From the NCBI GenBank assembly GCA_963666205.1, contig OY762654.1, forward strand, positions 646,611-710,610: a stretch of 64,000 nucleotides of DNA, read 5' to 3'. How positions within the stretch are numbered: the stretch's first letter is position 1; each line of letters starts with the position of its first letter. Positions 8,788 to 18,117 of this stretch are shown here, one piece after another. This DNA is from Synergistales bacterium (GTDB lineage: Bacteria; Synergistota; Synergistia; Synergistales; JAFGMB01). The position numbers and the translations under genes were made by a program. A model generated the notes under the pieces. The model made no database searches. It saw nothing but the letters and a program-made list of their open reading frames with translations, and was not told where the DNA came from.

Positions 8788-9321
8788 TCAAGCAGCGTCC
8801 TTTTCTTTCTTTTCCTTAAGCTGAGAGAGGCACGTAACAAGTCCCCTCTGGGGGCCGGAAAGAACTGTAACGAGTCCACGAAGAGGAGCCGCAATGGTAC
8901 CGACAACCTGTGCAATAAGCTGGTCTCTGGATGGAAGTTCTGCCAGGGCATTTACCTCATCGGCATTAAGAACTTTCTTTCCAAGGATTCCGCCTTTCAC
9001 TACAAGGGCCTTGTTCGTTTTTACCTTTGCAAAGTCTTCAAGAGCCTTTGCTACAGCTACAGGATCCTGGTAGGCAACTGTATAGACATTGGGACCAAGT
9101 GTAATTTCCTCTGGAACTGGAAGACCTTCTTCCTGAAGGGCCAGTCTCATAAGGGTGTTCTTGGAAACCTTCATTTCGCCGCCGGCTTCCCTGACCTTGG
9201 CACGGACCTCGGTTATCTGGGCAACAGTAAGTCCCCTGTATTCGCAGATAAATACTGCTTCAGTTCTACCTAACATTTCGCGAAGTTTCTGTACCTGTTC
9301 TATTTTATATTTTGCAGGCAT
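8788..9321 (-). CDS. rplJ: 50S ribosomal protein L10
   Basis: 177 aa. It lies between rplA and rplL. L10-type sequence (EYRGLTVAQITEVRAKVREAG...). Confidence 0.95.
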   Translation of the reverse strand: MPAKYKIEQVQKLREMLGRTEAVFICEYRGLTVAQITEVRAKVREAGGEMKVSKNTLMRLALQEEGLPVPEEITLGPNVYTVAYQDPVAVAKALEDFAKVKTNKALVVKGGILGKKVLNADEVNALAELPSRDQLIAQVVGTIAAPLRGLVTVLSGPQRGLVTCLSQLKEKKEKDAA

Positions 9322-9540
9322 TCGCTCACCTCCCTCCTGTAAAAAAATCTCCCGGGTCCACCAGGACCCGGGAGATCAGAAATCAATGATCGTCAGAGGA
9401 CACTACTCCTCTGACCGGGAACCTCGGTGGGTTGTATATATTAAGTGCTGGTGCACACCCGCTGTCTTCAGTTCAGTTAATATTTATTAAATTGTCAATT
9501 TGTAGAGGGTGCTTTCTTCCTCCGGCAAAAAATGCCAGGA
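9322..9540 (-). promoter_or_regulatory. rplJ (L10) leader with terminator/attenuator hairpin
   Basis: 219-nt untranslated gap between rplA and rplJ. A 13-bp hairpin ATCTCCCGGGTCC/GGACCCGGGAGAT (9347-9376) is followed on the minus strand by T7, immediately before the rplJ RBS GGAGGGAGG. This is the layout of the L10-L12 autoregulatory leader. Confidence 0.5.
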
Positions 9541-10248
9541 TCAGTCAACTATCTCTTTCTGCGCCACATTGGTATCGACCTTGATACCCACACCCATGGT
9601 GGGGGCAATGGCTATGCTCTTGATATATGTACCCTTTACAGCTGCCGGCCTGGACTTCACTATAGCAGCAAGCAGGGTTTTTGCATTTTCAAAAAGCTGA
9701 TCATTAGTGAAACTCTTTTTACCAACTGAATTATGAATAATGGCAAATTTGTCAACCCGGTATTCAACTTTACCAGCCTTGATTTCCTCTACGGCATGGG
9801 CAACATCAAAGGTAACAGTTCCGGTCTTTGCACTGGGCATAAGGCCCCGGGGACCAAGGACTTTTCCAAGACGACCAACGACCTTCATCATATCAGGCGT
9901 TGCTATGACTGAATCAAAATCAAGCCAACCTCCGCTGATCTTCTGGACCATGTCTTCTCCGCCAACGAAATCGGCCCCTGCTTCCTGGGCTTCCTTCATC
10001 TTCTCACCAGCCGCGATCACAAGTACCTTTTTAGTGATACCAGTACCATGTGGAAGTACTACTGTGCTGCGGACCTGCTGATCGGCATGCCTGGGATCAA
10101 CTCCAAGGCGAACATGTACTTCAAGGCTTTCGTCAAACTTTGCAGTTGCAACATCCTTGAAAAGTTCAATGGCTTCCCTAAGTCCATAAAGCTTGTTTGA
10201 ATCCACTTTTTCTACTGCTTCTTTGTATCTCTTACTCCGTTTTGTCAT
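9541..10248 (-). CDS. rplA: 50S ribosomal protein L1
   Basis: 235 aa. [16 protein letters not shown]...[23 protein letters not shown]... Confidence 0.97.
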   Translation of the reverse strand: MTKRSKRYKEAVEKVDSNKLYGLREAIELFKDVATAKFDESLEVHVRLGVDPRHADQQVRSTVVLPHGTGITKKVLVIAAGEKMKEAQEAGADFVGGEDMVQKISGGWLDFDSVIATPDMMKVVGRLGKVLGPRGLMPSAKTGTVTFDVAHAVEEIKAGKVEYRVDKFAIIHNSVGKKSFTNDQLFENAKTLLAAIVKSRPAAVKGTYIKSIAIAPTMGVGIKVDTNVAQKEIVD

Positions 10249-10310
10249 GAGTTTTTCCTCCTCGTGGTACCAACGGGCTTTCGCCCTCCCACAGATAGTT
10301 CAAAGAACCT

Positions 10311-10736
10311 TCAGTCGACTATTTCGATGCCCATGGAACGGGCGGTTCCCTCGATCATCCTCATGGCTGCTTCTGTATCGTTGGCATTCAGGTCCTCTTT
10401 CTTGATCTCGGCGATCTCACGAACCTTGTCCCTTTTGATCTTGGCAACCTTGACCTTGTTAGGCTCCCCTGATGCACTCTCGAGACCAGCTGCCTTTTTA
10501 AGCAGGACGGCTGCTGGCGGGGTTTTGGTGATGAAAGAAAAACTTCTGTCAGCATATACTGTCAGAACTGCGGGAATTATCATCCCTGGCTGATCAGAAG
10601 TCTTGGCATTGAACTGCTTACAGAATTCCATAATGTTGACACCGTGCTGACCAAGTGCCGGCCCGACCGGAGGTGCCGGTGTTGCCTTACCTGCAGGCAA
10701 CTGAAGCTTGATCTGCGCAATAACTTTTTTGGCCAT
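10311..10736 (-). CDS. rplK: 50S ribosomal protein L11
   Basis: 141 aa. [44 protein letters not shown]... Confidence 0.97.
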   Translation of the reverse strand: MAKKVIAQIKLQLPAGKATPAPPVGPALGQHGVNIMEFCKQFNAKTSDQPGMIIPAVLTVYADRSFSFITKTPPAAVLLKKAAGLESASGEPNKVKVAKIKRDKVREIAEIKKEDLNANDTEAAMRMIEGTARSMGIEIVD

Positions 10737-10805
10737 TATCCTTTATCTCCTCTCGTAACTGCTGATACAAATTACATAAGCCCTTTTACAGGGCTGAATT
10801 TTATA

Positions 10806-11348
10806 CTAAAGCTTTTCCAACTCTGTATAATCTATTTCAACGAGTGTTTCTCTACCGAAAACGGTTACGGAGAACTTGATCTTTCCTTTTTCAGCATTGA
10901 TCTCCGCTACAGGGCCAACCTGTCCATCAAAGGGGCCACTCTTGACTTTAACGATGTCACCAGGCTTGAGATTGATCTCAAATTTCGGCTTGGCATGATC
11001 CTGGCCTATCTTGTTCATTATTTCCTTGACTTCTCTTTCGCTCAGTGGGATAGGATGATTGCCCGCTCCCACGAAACCTGTCACACCGGGAGTATGACGG
11101 ACCACATACCAGGACTGATCGGCAAGGCACATCTCAACGAGCACATAACTTGGGAAAAGCTTCCTTGTCACATGCTTGCTTTTACCATCCTTGACAAAAA
11201 GCTTATCTTCCAGCGGAACGAGCACATCAAAGATCTGATCTTCCATGCCCATTGTGGCTATCCTCTGCTCAAGATTGGCTTTTACTCTATTCTCATATCC
11301 TGCATATGTCTGTACAATGTACCAACGTCGCTCAGAACTTGATTCCAT
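10806..11348 (-). CDS. nusG: Transcription termination/antitermination factor NusG
   Basis: 180 aa. RWYIVQTYAGYENRVKANLE (NGN domain) and a C-terminal KOW (GDIVKVKSGPFDGQVGPVAEI). secE-nusG-rplK synteny. Confidence 0.95.
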   Translation of the reverse strand: MESSSERRWYIVQTYAGYENRVKANLEQRIATMGMEDQIFDVLVPLEDKLFVKDGKSKHVTRKLFPSYVLVEMCLADQSWYVVRHTPGVTGFVGAGNHPIPLSEREVKEIMNKIGQDHAKPKFEINLKPGDIVKVKSGPFDGQVGPVAEINAEKGKIKFSVTVFGRETLVEIDYTELEKL

Positions 11349-11438
11349 GCTTAAAAGGGGACCCGACTTGCGGCCCCCTCACCTCCCCCGCCAATAAAGT
11401 GGACTGTATGTTCATCTGAAAATACAATCTGGCAGTTG

Positions 11439-11618
11439 CTAGATCAACTTGGCGAATACCCCGGTGAGGGCTATATCAACTAAACCAAGATAGGCCGCCA
11501 CGAAAAGGGTAAAAGCTATAACAACCAGAGTCGAATACCAAACCTGCTGTCGGCCTGGCCATGTAACTTTTTTTAATTCAGCTCTTGCTTCTCTGATGAA
11601 GCTGAAGATCTTTCCCAA
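11439..11618 (-). CDS. secE: Preprotein translocase subunit SecE
   Basis: Hand translation (TTG start, AGGAGG 9 nt upstream): (M)GKIFSFIREARAELKKVTWPGRQQVWYSTLVVIAFTLFVAAYLGLVDIALTGVFAKLI. It is below the ORF-track size cut-off. Canonical position between tRNA-Trp/rpmG and nusG. Confidence 0.85.
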   Translation of the reverse strand: MGKIFSFIREARAELKKVTWPGRQQVWYSTLVVIAFTLFVAAYLGLVDIALTGVFAKLI

Positions 11619-11663
11619 ACTTTGCGGCCTCCTATTCTATTACATTAACTTTAAAAATAATTA

Positions 11664-11739
11664 TGGCAGGCCCGGCAGGACTTGAACCTGCAACCCCCGG
11701 TTTTGGAGACCAGTGCTCTGCCAATTGAGCTACGGACCT
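11664..11739 (-). tRNA. tRNA-Trp (CCA)
   Basis: 76 nt. AGGTCCGTAGCTCAATTGGCAGAGCACTGGTCTCCAAAACCGG..., anticodon loop CT-CCA-AA, CCA end encoded. Confidence 0.93.
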
Positions 11740-11760
11740 GCGAGCAGAGTACATTCTACA

Positions 11761-11910
11761 CTACTTGGTTTCTTTATGCAAGGTATGTTTCTTGCAGAAT
11801 TTACAGTACTTGCTCAATTCAAGTTTACCCTTCATGTTCTTTTTGTTAACTGAGGTTACATAATTCCTGCGTTTACACTCTGTGCACTGCAGGCCGATAT
11901 TATCTGCCAT
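11761..11910 (-). CDS. rpmG: 50S ribosomal protein L33
   Basis: Hand translation: [49 protein letters not shown] (49 aa, CxxC...CxxC zinc ribbon). Below the ORF-track cut-off. Confidence 0.9.
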   Translation of the reverse strand: MADNIGLQCTECKRRNYVTSVNKKNMKGKLELSKYCKFCKKHTLHKETK

Positions 11911-11930
11911 AACTTTTCACTCCAAACGTT

Positions 11931-13130
11931 TTACTCAAGGATTTCGGTAACTACGCCGGCGCCAACGGTATGTCCGCCTTCACGGACTGCAAAACGAAGT
12001 CCCGGCTCCATGGCGATGGGAACTATAAGCTTGACTTCGAAGTTAGCGTTGTCTCCGGGCATTACCATTTCTACTCCCTCTGGAAGCTTGATCTCACCTG
12101 TTACGTCCGTGGTCCTGAAATAGAACTGAGGCTTGTATCCAGCAAAGAACGGGGTATGCCTTCCGCCTTCCTCTTTCTTCAATACATATACCTCGCCCTT
12201 GAACCATGTGTGAGGTGTAATGGATCCAGGCTTGGCCAGTACCTGGCCTCGCTCTACTTCTTCCTTGCCTACTCCCCTCAGAAGTACTCCTACATTGTCT
12301 CCTGCCATGGCATTGTCAAGGATCTTACGGAACATCTCAAGAGATGTGGCTACACTCTTGACTATGTCCGTCTTCATTCCGATGATGGCTACTTCCTCTC
12401 CAGCATTGATGACTCCTCGCTCTACCCTGCCCGTTACCACTGTCCCTCGACCCGTTATGGTAAATACATCCTCTATGGGCATAAGGAAAGGCTTGTCCAT
12501 CTCCCTGGCTGGCTCCGGAATGTAACTGTCACATGCATCCATAAGCTCCCAGATACACTTGGCTTCGGGAGTCTCCTTCGTTCCTTCGCTCTCAAGAGCC
12601 CTGAGAGCACTTCCCCTGACAACCGGAATGTCATCTCCAGGGAACTCATAGGCACTCAGAAGCTCACGCACTTCCATCTCTACAAGATCAAGAAGCTCTT
12701 CGTCATCCACCTGGTCTGTCTTGTTCATGAATACTACAAGGGCCGGCACATTAACCTGACGGGCTAGAAGTACATGCTCCCTCGTCTGGGGCATGGGTCC
12801 GTCCGCTGCACTTACCACCAGAATGGCTCCGTCCATCTGGGCCGCTCCAGTGATCATGTTCTTGATGTAGTCTGCATGTCCCGGACAGTCAATATGGGCA
12901 TAGTGCCTGTTATCTGTCTGGTATTCCACGTGGGCTATATTGATGGTTATTCCGCGCTCACGCTCTTCCGGTGCCTTGTCAATATCCTCAAACTTCGAAA
13001 AATCCGCAAGTCCAGCAGTCGCAAGACACTTCGTGATCGCCGCTGTTAGCGTTGTCTTTCCGTGGTCTATGTGACCTACTGTCCCTATGTTCAAATGCGG
13101 CTTCGATCTTTCAAATTTCGCCTTTGCCAT
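11931..13130 (-). CDS. tuf: Elongation factor Tu
   Basis: 399 aa. [33 protein letters not shown]...DCPGHADY...NKTD. Confidence 0.99.
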   Translation of the reverse strand: MAKAKFERSKPHLNIGTVGHIDHGKTTLTAAITKCLATAGLADFSKFEDIDKAPEERERGITINIAHVEYQTDNRHYAHIDCPGHADYIKNMITGAAQMDGAILVVSAADGPMPQTREHVLLARQVNVPALVVFMNKTDQVDDEELLDLVEMEVRELLSAYEFPGDDIPVVRGSALRALESEGTKETPEAKCIWELMDACDSYIPEPAREMDKPFLMPIEDVFTITGRGTVVTGRVERGVINAGEEVAIIGMKTDIVKSVATSLEMFRKILDNAMAGDNVGVLLRGVGKEEVERGQVLAKPGSITPHTWFKGEVYVLKKEEGGRHTPFFAGYKPQFYFRTTDVTGEIKLPEGVEMVMPGDNANFEVKLIVPIAMEPGLRFAVREGGHTVGAGVVTEILE

Positions 13131-13236
13131 TTTCAGCTGACCTCCCTATACATATATATACATATATAGACCGCCCGTACTGGGCACTACGCTCAGAGAT
13201 TTTAACATATTTAACTGAAAACAAGAATAATACACG

Positions 13237-13266
13237 CAAAAAATCCGGAGCTCACACACTCCGGAC
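13237..13266 (-). terminator. Hairpin plus T-run between the tRNA cluster and tuf
   Basis: Minus strand: TCCGGAG-TGTGTGAG-CTCCGGA followed by TTTTTT. An extended -10 (TGTTAAAAT) follows further downstream, before tuf. Confidence 0.55.
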
Positions 13267-13286
13267 TTTTAATTATTTTGAAAAAA

Positions 13287-13362
13287 TGGAGCCGACTTCC
13301 GGACTCGAACCGGAGACCCCATCCTTACCATGGATGTGCTCTACCTACTGAGCTAAGTCGGC
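13287..13362 (-). tRNA. tRNA-Thr (GGT)
   Basis: 76 nt. Acceptor GCCGACT/AGTCGGC, anticodon stem CATCC/GGATG with loop AT-GGT-AA, CCA encoded. Confidence 0.93.
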
Positions 13363-13376
13363 CCGTTGTTAAGGAA

Positions 13377-13461
13377 TGGTGGTGGGAGAAGGATTCGAAC
13401 CTTCGTAGACGGAGTCGGCAGATTTACAGTCTGCTGCCTTTGACCACTCGGCCATCCCACC
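13377..13461 (-). tRNA. tRNA-Tyr (GTA)
   Basis: 85 nt with a long variable arm. GGTGGGATGGCCGAGTGGTCAAAGGCAGCAGACTGTAAATCTGCCGACTCCGTC..., CCA encoded. Confidence 0.93.
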
Positions 13462-13481
13462 ACTACTCAGCTTTGTTTTCA

Positions 13482-13557
13482 TGGAGCCGGCGATCCGACT
13501 TGAACGGACGACCTGCTGATTACAAGTCAGCTGCTCTACCAACTGAGCTACACCGGC
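13482..13557 (-). tRNA. tRNA-Thr (TGT)
   Basis: 76 nt. GCCGGTGTAGCTCAGTTGGTAGAGCAGCTGACTTGTAATCAGC..., anticodon TGT, CCA encoded. Confidence 0.93.
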
Positions 13558-13607
13558 TTGACGCTGGTTTATTATAGCGAGTCAGTTGTAATTGTCAACA
13601 GGATAAA

Positions 13608-13907
13608 CTAAATAATTTCTTCCGCATTATTCATTAGAACCTTTATACCGGCCCTACTGACATATGGATTTTTTACGAAGGATCTGAATTTTTCCTTAAA
13701 ACTGGAGATATCCTCATCTCCGCAGAAAATCATGAAAACCCAGTTCTTTCCAGGGAAAACATCGTTTCCCCAGTGAGTTTTCCCGGTCCGGATGTCCCTT
13801 CCGAGAACATTCTGCCACACTGTATAACCTGTGATCCCGTCATTATCAAGGATCTCCATCACTTCACCGGCTATACTTTCATTACAGAAGATCCATACCA
13901 TTTTCAA
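13608..13907 (-). CDS. Small P-II-like (GlnB-fold/DUF3240-like) protein translationally coupled to the RND pump
   Basis: 99 aa. The pattern MVWIFCNESIAGEVMEILDNDGITGYTVWQNVLGRD...NWVFMIFCGDEDISSFKEKF suggests two beta-alpha-beta units. The TTG start overlaps the RND gene stop by 4 nt (alternative ATG at 13901). The family assignment rests on pattern recognition only. Confidence 0.5.
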   Translation of the reverse strand: MKMVWIFCNESIAGEVMEILDNDGITGYTVWQNVLGRDIRTGKTHWGNDVFPGKNWVFMIFCGDEDISSFKEKFRSFVKNPYVSRAGIKVLMNNAEEII

Positions 13908-16900
13908 GATTTACCCGCCTCCCTGGCTTCTTCAAAACGGGGTTCCCGCCGTATTCTTTCCTCTATGATACTGTAAACAACGGGTATAAGAACAAGAGTT
14001 ACAACCATGGAAACCACCAGTCCTCCCATTACAGAAACAGCCAGAGGACGCCACATTTCTGCCCCCTGACCCTGGCTTAACGCCATGGGAAGCATTCCGA
14101 AAAAGGTGGTCAGGGTAGTCATAAGAATGGGTCTGAGCCTTCTTTCCCCTGCACTTATAAGGGCATCCCTCAATTTCTGTCCCCTGGCCCTGAGAAGATT
14201 GATGTAATCCACCAGCACTATGGCGTTATTGACCACTATCCCGATTAGCATTATAACGCCAAGCATTCCCTGAAGAGACATGTAAAGCCCTGTGGCAAGA
14301 TAAGCCATGACCACACCGGTAAGGGCAAAGGGGATACTGAACATTATCACAAATGGATCAAGGTAGGCCTCGTATTGCCCAGCCATTACCATATAGACAA
14401 GCAAGATCCCGAGAAGAACAAGATAGCCCATCTGGCGAAAGGCATCTCCCTGTTCCTTTATCTCTCCTCCGAATTCGATCCTGATCCCGGAGGGAGCTTC
14501 CATTCTATCAATGAATTTTTTTGCGTCTCCAGTTACCTGACCAAGGGACCTGCCTTGAACATTACCTTGAACAACTACATAACGCTGTTTGTTCTTTCTG
14601 TCTATCTGGGGTGGCCCAAGAGAATCTTTCACCTTCGCAATGGTGGAAAGGCGAACAAGGGAACCTGTGACTGAAGGGACAGTGATCCTGTCAAATATTT
14701 CAAGATCATTACGCTGATCCTCGCTCAATTGGACCCTTATGGGATAATCATCTTCATTATCCCAGAAGCTCTCACTGGTCTCGAAACCGTATAAATAAGT
14801 TCTCAGAGTTCCTGCTATGGCAGCTGTGTTAACTCCCATGAGAGCCGCCCTTTCCTTATCTATAGAAATCCACATCTCGGGCCTGCCCTGTTTCTGGCTT
14901 AGAGAAAGATCCACTGCCCCCGGGATCTTTGCAAGACCCTCCCTGACCTTATCCGCCACCTTCATAACCTGCTCCAGATCATCTCCATAGACTTCGATAT
15001 TCAGAGGTTTTGCTCCGAGAAAAAGAGATTTTATGGGCGAGGTTACCTGAACTGTCATCTTTTCGATCCCAGGTATGGCTCTCAACCATTTCCTTACAAG
15101 CTGGGCTACCTCAAAGGCTGATCGTTCACGGTCACCCTTATCCACAAGTTTCATTCCCACTGTTCCTATATTTGGACCGGATTCCTGTCCTGCTGCGACT
15201 GCGAAACCATCATCTCCCGAACCGTCATAACCATATACCGTAATTGCCTCAGGAATGTTATCTTCACTGAAACGTATGACCTTCCTTACAAGTTCATCTG
15301 TGGCTTCTACACGAGTCCCTTCAGGAAGGGTAAAGGTTATTTCCACATCTCCGGTATCCGGATCAGGGGTAAGTTCGGTACCTATAAACTTGAAACCGGT
15401 GAATGTCATCACCAGGAGGAGTATGGACATGGCAATTATTTTCTTCCTGTTGTTCAAAGCCCAGCCCAGGAGATCTGCATAACCTTTCTCCATCCTGGCA
15501 AGGCCCTTATCTGTAATACGATGGAGGAATGCATTGGATACATCCCTGTGGAAAAACCTGCTCGCCATGGTAGGTATGAATGACAGACTGACAAAAAGCG
15601 AAGCAACCACTGCAAGGACCATAACCACTGTGAGGGATGAGAAAAAGACACCCACCAGTCCGGAAATAAAGGCCAGCGGCAAAAGGACTACCGCTGTTGT
15701 AAGCGTAGATGCAATAAGCGCTGAACCAACCTCACCCGATCCCAGAACGGCGGCAATATGCTTTCTTTCTCCCTGTTCAATATGATGGATTATCTGATCA
15801 GTCGCAACAATTGAGTTATCCACCACCATCCCGGAGGCCACCGCAAGGGCAGAGAGAGTAAAGATATTGATCGTATAGTCAAGTTTCCCCATGGCAATGA
15901 AGGTAATGATCAACGAAAAGGGAATGGAACTGCATACAACAAGAGACGCAGGAAGCCGCTTGAGAAAGAGCCATGTCACAAGGAATACAAGCAGTATCCC
16001 TGCCAGGAGGGAATGGGTAAGATTACGAAGGGCCATTATTATGAAATCCGCAGTATCCATGGCAATATGATATTCCACACCACTGGGAAAAACGGTTGCC
16101 TCCATCTCCTTCAGTTTTTCGTGAATAGCCCTGGATACCTCTATTGTGTTTGCATCGCTGTTCTTCAATACAGCCATAAACAGAGCGGGCTGATCAAAGT
16201 GCCAAGAGTAGAGTTTCTGTTCCCTGTAGGTATCCCTGATATCAGCTACCTGAGACAGGTAAACAGCTTTACCATTGTTGGTGCCAATTACCAGATCTCC
16301 TATTTCCTCTACACTTGAGAAACGCCCCGGGACCCTCACATAATATTCGGTACTTCCCTGTTTCATGGAACCGGCAGGAATATTTACATTAGATCTCTCA
16401 AGGGCCCCGGTAACAGCTTGTGGTGGGAGATGAAGAGCTTCCAGCTTTTCCAGGTCAAGCTCGACCCTTATCTCCCTGTTCATACCTCCATATACCAGCA
16501 CTTTGCCCACTCCAGGGATCCTGGAGAGTTCTTCAATAACCACATCATCTGCAAAGTGGGCCAATCCCTGAAATCCTTTTTTGGTAGTAAGGGACATACC
16601 TATAACCGGAATGGCCCCTGATGTTATCTGCAATAGAACAGGTTCATCGATATCATCGGGCATTTCGGCCTTTGCCATGGGGATTATATCCCGCACATCA
16701 CCCGCCTTTACATCAAGATCTGTTCCCCATTTGAACTTAACTGTTACTACTGAAATGTTATCCAGTGATTTGGAATATATATCGTCTACTCCCTCTATTA
16801 AAGAAACATAATCCTCCATAGTCTTGGTCACCCGCTGTTCCACATCGCTTGCAGAAGCTCCGGGCCAGGGAACAATAATATTGATCATAGGAGGCTCAAT

Positions 16901-17017
16901 GTCGGGCAGCATATCCATTTTAAGGTGCATAAGGGAGATACTTCCTACCAGGATTATGGCCAGAAAGAACATGAGAGCTGCCACATGACGCCTGACGGAT
17001 ATTTCGGGCAGTTTCAC
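13904..17017 (-). CDS. RND efflux transporter, inner-membrane permease (AcrB/HAE family)
   Basis: 1037 aa. 12-TM/two-large-loop architecture. N-terminus ISVRRHVAALMFFLAIILVGSISL and conserved segments (VVDNSIV, VVNNAIVLVDY). Confidence 0.9.
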   Translation of the reverse strand: MKLPEISVRRHVAALMFFLAIILVGSISLMHLKMDMLPDIEPPMINIIVPWPGASASDVEQRVTKTMEDYVSLIEGVDDIYSKSLDNISVVTVKFKWGTDLDVKAGDVRDIIPMAKAEMPDDIDEPVLLQITSGAIPVIGMSLTTKKGFQGLAHFADDVVIEELSRIPGVGKVLVYGGMNREIRVELDLEKLEALHLPPQAVTGALERSNVNIPAGSMKQGSTEYYVRVPGRFSSVEEIGDLVIGTNNGKAVYLSQVADIRDTYREQKLYSWHFDQPALFMAVLKNSDANTIEVSRAIHEKLKEMEATVFPSGVEYHIAMDTADFIIMALRNLTHSLLAGILLVFLVTWLFLKRLPASLVVCSSIPFSLIITFIAMGKLDYTINIFTLSALAVASGMVVDNSIVATDQIIHHIEQGERKHIAAVLGSGEVGSALIASTLTTAVVLLPLAFISGLVGVFFSSLTVVMVLAVVASLFVSLSFIPTMASRFFHRDVSNAFLHRITDKGLARMEKGYADLLGWALNNRKKIIAMSILLLVMTFTGFKFIGTELTPDPDTGDVEITFTLPEGTRVEATDELVRKVIRFSEDNIPEAITVYGYDGSGDDGFAVAAGQESGPNIGTVGMKLVDKGDRERSAFEVAQLVRKWLRAIPGIEKMTVQVTSPIKSLFLGAKPLNIEVYGDDLEQVMKVADKVREGLAKIPGAVDLSLSQKQGRPEMWISIDKERAALMGVNTAAIAGTLRTYLYGFETSESFWDNEDDYPIRVQLSEDQRNDLEIFDRITVPSVTGSLVRLSTIAKVKDSLGPPQIDRKNKQRYVVVQGNVQGRSLGQVTGDAKKFIDRMEAPSGIRIEFGGEIKEQGDAFRQMGYLVLLGILLVYMVMAGQYEAYLDPFVIMFSIPFALTGVVMAYLATGLYMSLQGMLGVIMLIGIVVNNAIVLVDYINLLRARGQKLRDALISAGERRLRPILMTTLTTFFGMLPMALSQGQGAEMWRPLAVSVMGGLVVSMVVTLVLIPVVYSIIEERIRREPRFEEAREAGKS

Positions 17018-18105
17018 TCCCCGATCACCTCTACTTTCAGACCATCCCTCAGTTTCTCTGTAATGGTCGAGATCACCTTTTCATCAGGAGATAGTCCCTG
17101 GGGAATCTCCACCATATTTTTATCCTCGGTTCCAATTCTGACCACCCTACGTGAAACCTGATCTCCAGAGACAACAAAGAATTGGAATTCACCGGTTCCA
17201 GGAAGAGGTCTAACCACATCTTTTGGAATAGCCAGACCTTCATTAGACCCGGTTTCAATTGAAACCCTCGCAAAGGCACCAGGTTTAAGGATTCCTTCTG
17301 AATTTAGCATCACTTCTACCTGCCCTGTCCTTGTAACAGGATCCAATGTAGGAGAAAGGCGTCTAACCTTTGCCTCAAAAAGCCTCCCAGGAAGAGCATC
17401 AACGGTTATAGACACAGGCTGCCCCTTATTGATCCTGAAAAATGCAGACTCGGGAACTGAACCTGTAACCTTGACCTCGTCCTGCTGATTTATTATGAAT
17501 GAAGGGATCTGGGCTGAAGACGTATCTCCAGGATCAATATTTCTTTTACTTATGATCCCTGAAACAGGAGAATTGATCCGGTGATAACCAAGCATTAACT
17601 CCATCTGTTCAAGAGAAGCTTCGGCCTCCCTGACCTGACTAAGTGAGGCACAGTACTCCGCATCCACATGGTCAAAGTACTGCTGGCTTATGACCTGTTC
17701 TTTCAAAAGGTTCTTCATCCGCTTGTGATCACTCTTGAGGGTTTCACACTGAACTCTGGCCTTGGAGAGGAGAGCTTTCACCCTCTCCATATCCTGCCTT
17801 ACCAGACTATCGTCCACTACTGCAAGTACATCACCCGCGTTAACAGGATCTCCCTCTTCCACGTTTACCCTGAGGACTGTTTTTCCAGGAACTTTGCACA
17901 CCACCGCGGCCATGTTCTCCGGTCTTATTTCCGCTGTAAAGGAGACCGTTTCAATGAATCGATAGTTACAGGGTCTTACTACTTTCACTTTCGGAATTTC
18001 CACTTTCACTGTCTGTTTCTGCTGAATACCATGCTGATACCCTCGAAAAACAAGCAATGCTGCAAATGCTGCAACAATACTGAAAATGAAGAGGATCTTC
18101 TTCAA
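17014..18105 (-). CDS. RND efflux periplasmic adaptor (membrane fusion protein, HlyD/AcrA family)
   Basis: 363 aa. N-terminal anchor, lipoyl/coiled-coil/beta-barrel pattern (VNVEEGDPVNAGDVLAVVDD...; SPVSGIISKRNIDPGD). 4-nt overlap with the pump gene. Confidence 0.85.
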   Translation of the reverse strand: MKKILFIFSIVAAFAALLVFRGYQHGIQQKQTVKVEIPKVKVVRPCNYRFIETVSFTAEIRPENMAAVVCKVPGKTVLRVNVEEGDPVNAGDVLAVVDDSLVRQDMERVKALLSKARVQCETLKSDHKRMKNLLKEQVISQQYFDHVDAEYCASLSQVREAEASLEQMELMLGYHRINSPVSGIISKRNIDPGDTSSAQIPSFIINQQDEVKVTGSVPESAFFRINKGQPVSITVDALPGRLFEAKVRRLSPTLDPVTRTGQVEVMLNSEGILKPGAFARVSIETGSNEGLAIPKDVVRPLPGTGEFQFFVVSGDQVSRRVVRIGTEDKNMVEIPQGLSPDEKVISTITEKLRDGLKVEVIGE

Positions 18106-18117
18106 ACTCTCTTCCCC

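Noticed and set aside
10644-11342. 232-aa plus-strand ORF antisense to nusG/rplK
   Set aside because: It overlaps two unambiguous, highly conserved genes and has no recognisable family or RBS.
11970-12767. 265-aa plus-strand ORF antisense to tuf (and the other ORFs nested in tuf)
   Set aside because: tuf on the minus strand is unambiguous, and the antisense frames are compositional artefacts.
13052-13577. Two 99-aa plus-strand ORFs upstream of tuf
   Set aside because: They overlap the tRNA-Thr/Tyr/Thr cluster and the tuf leader. They are not coding.
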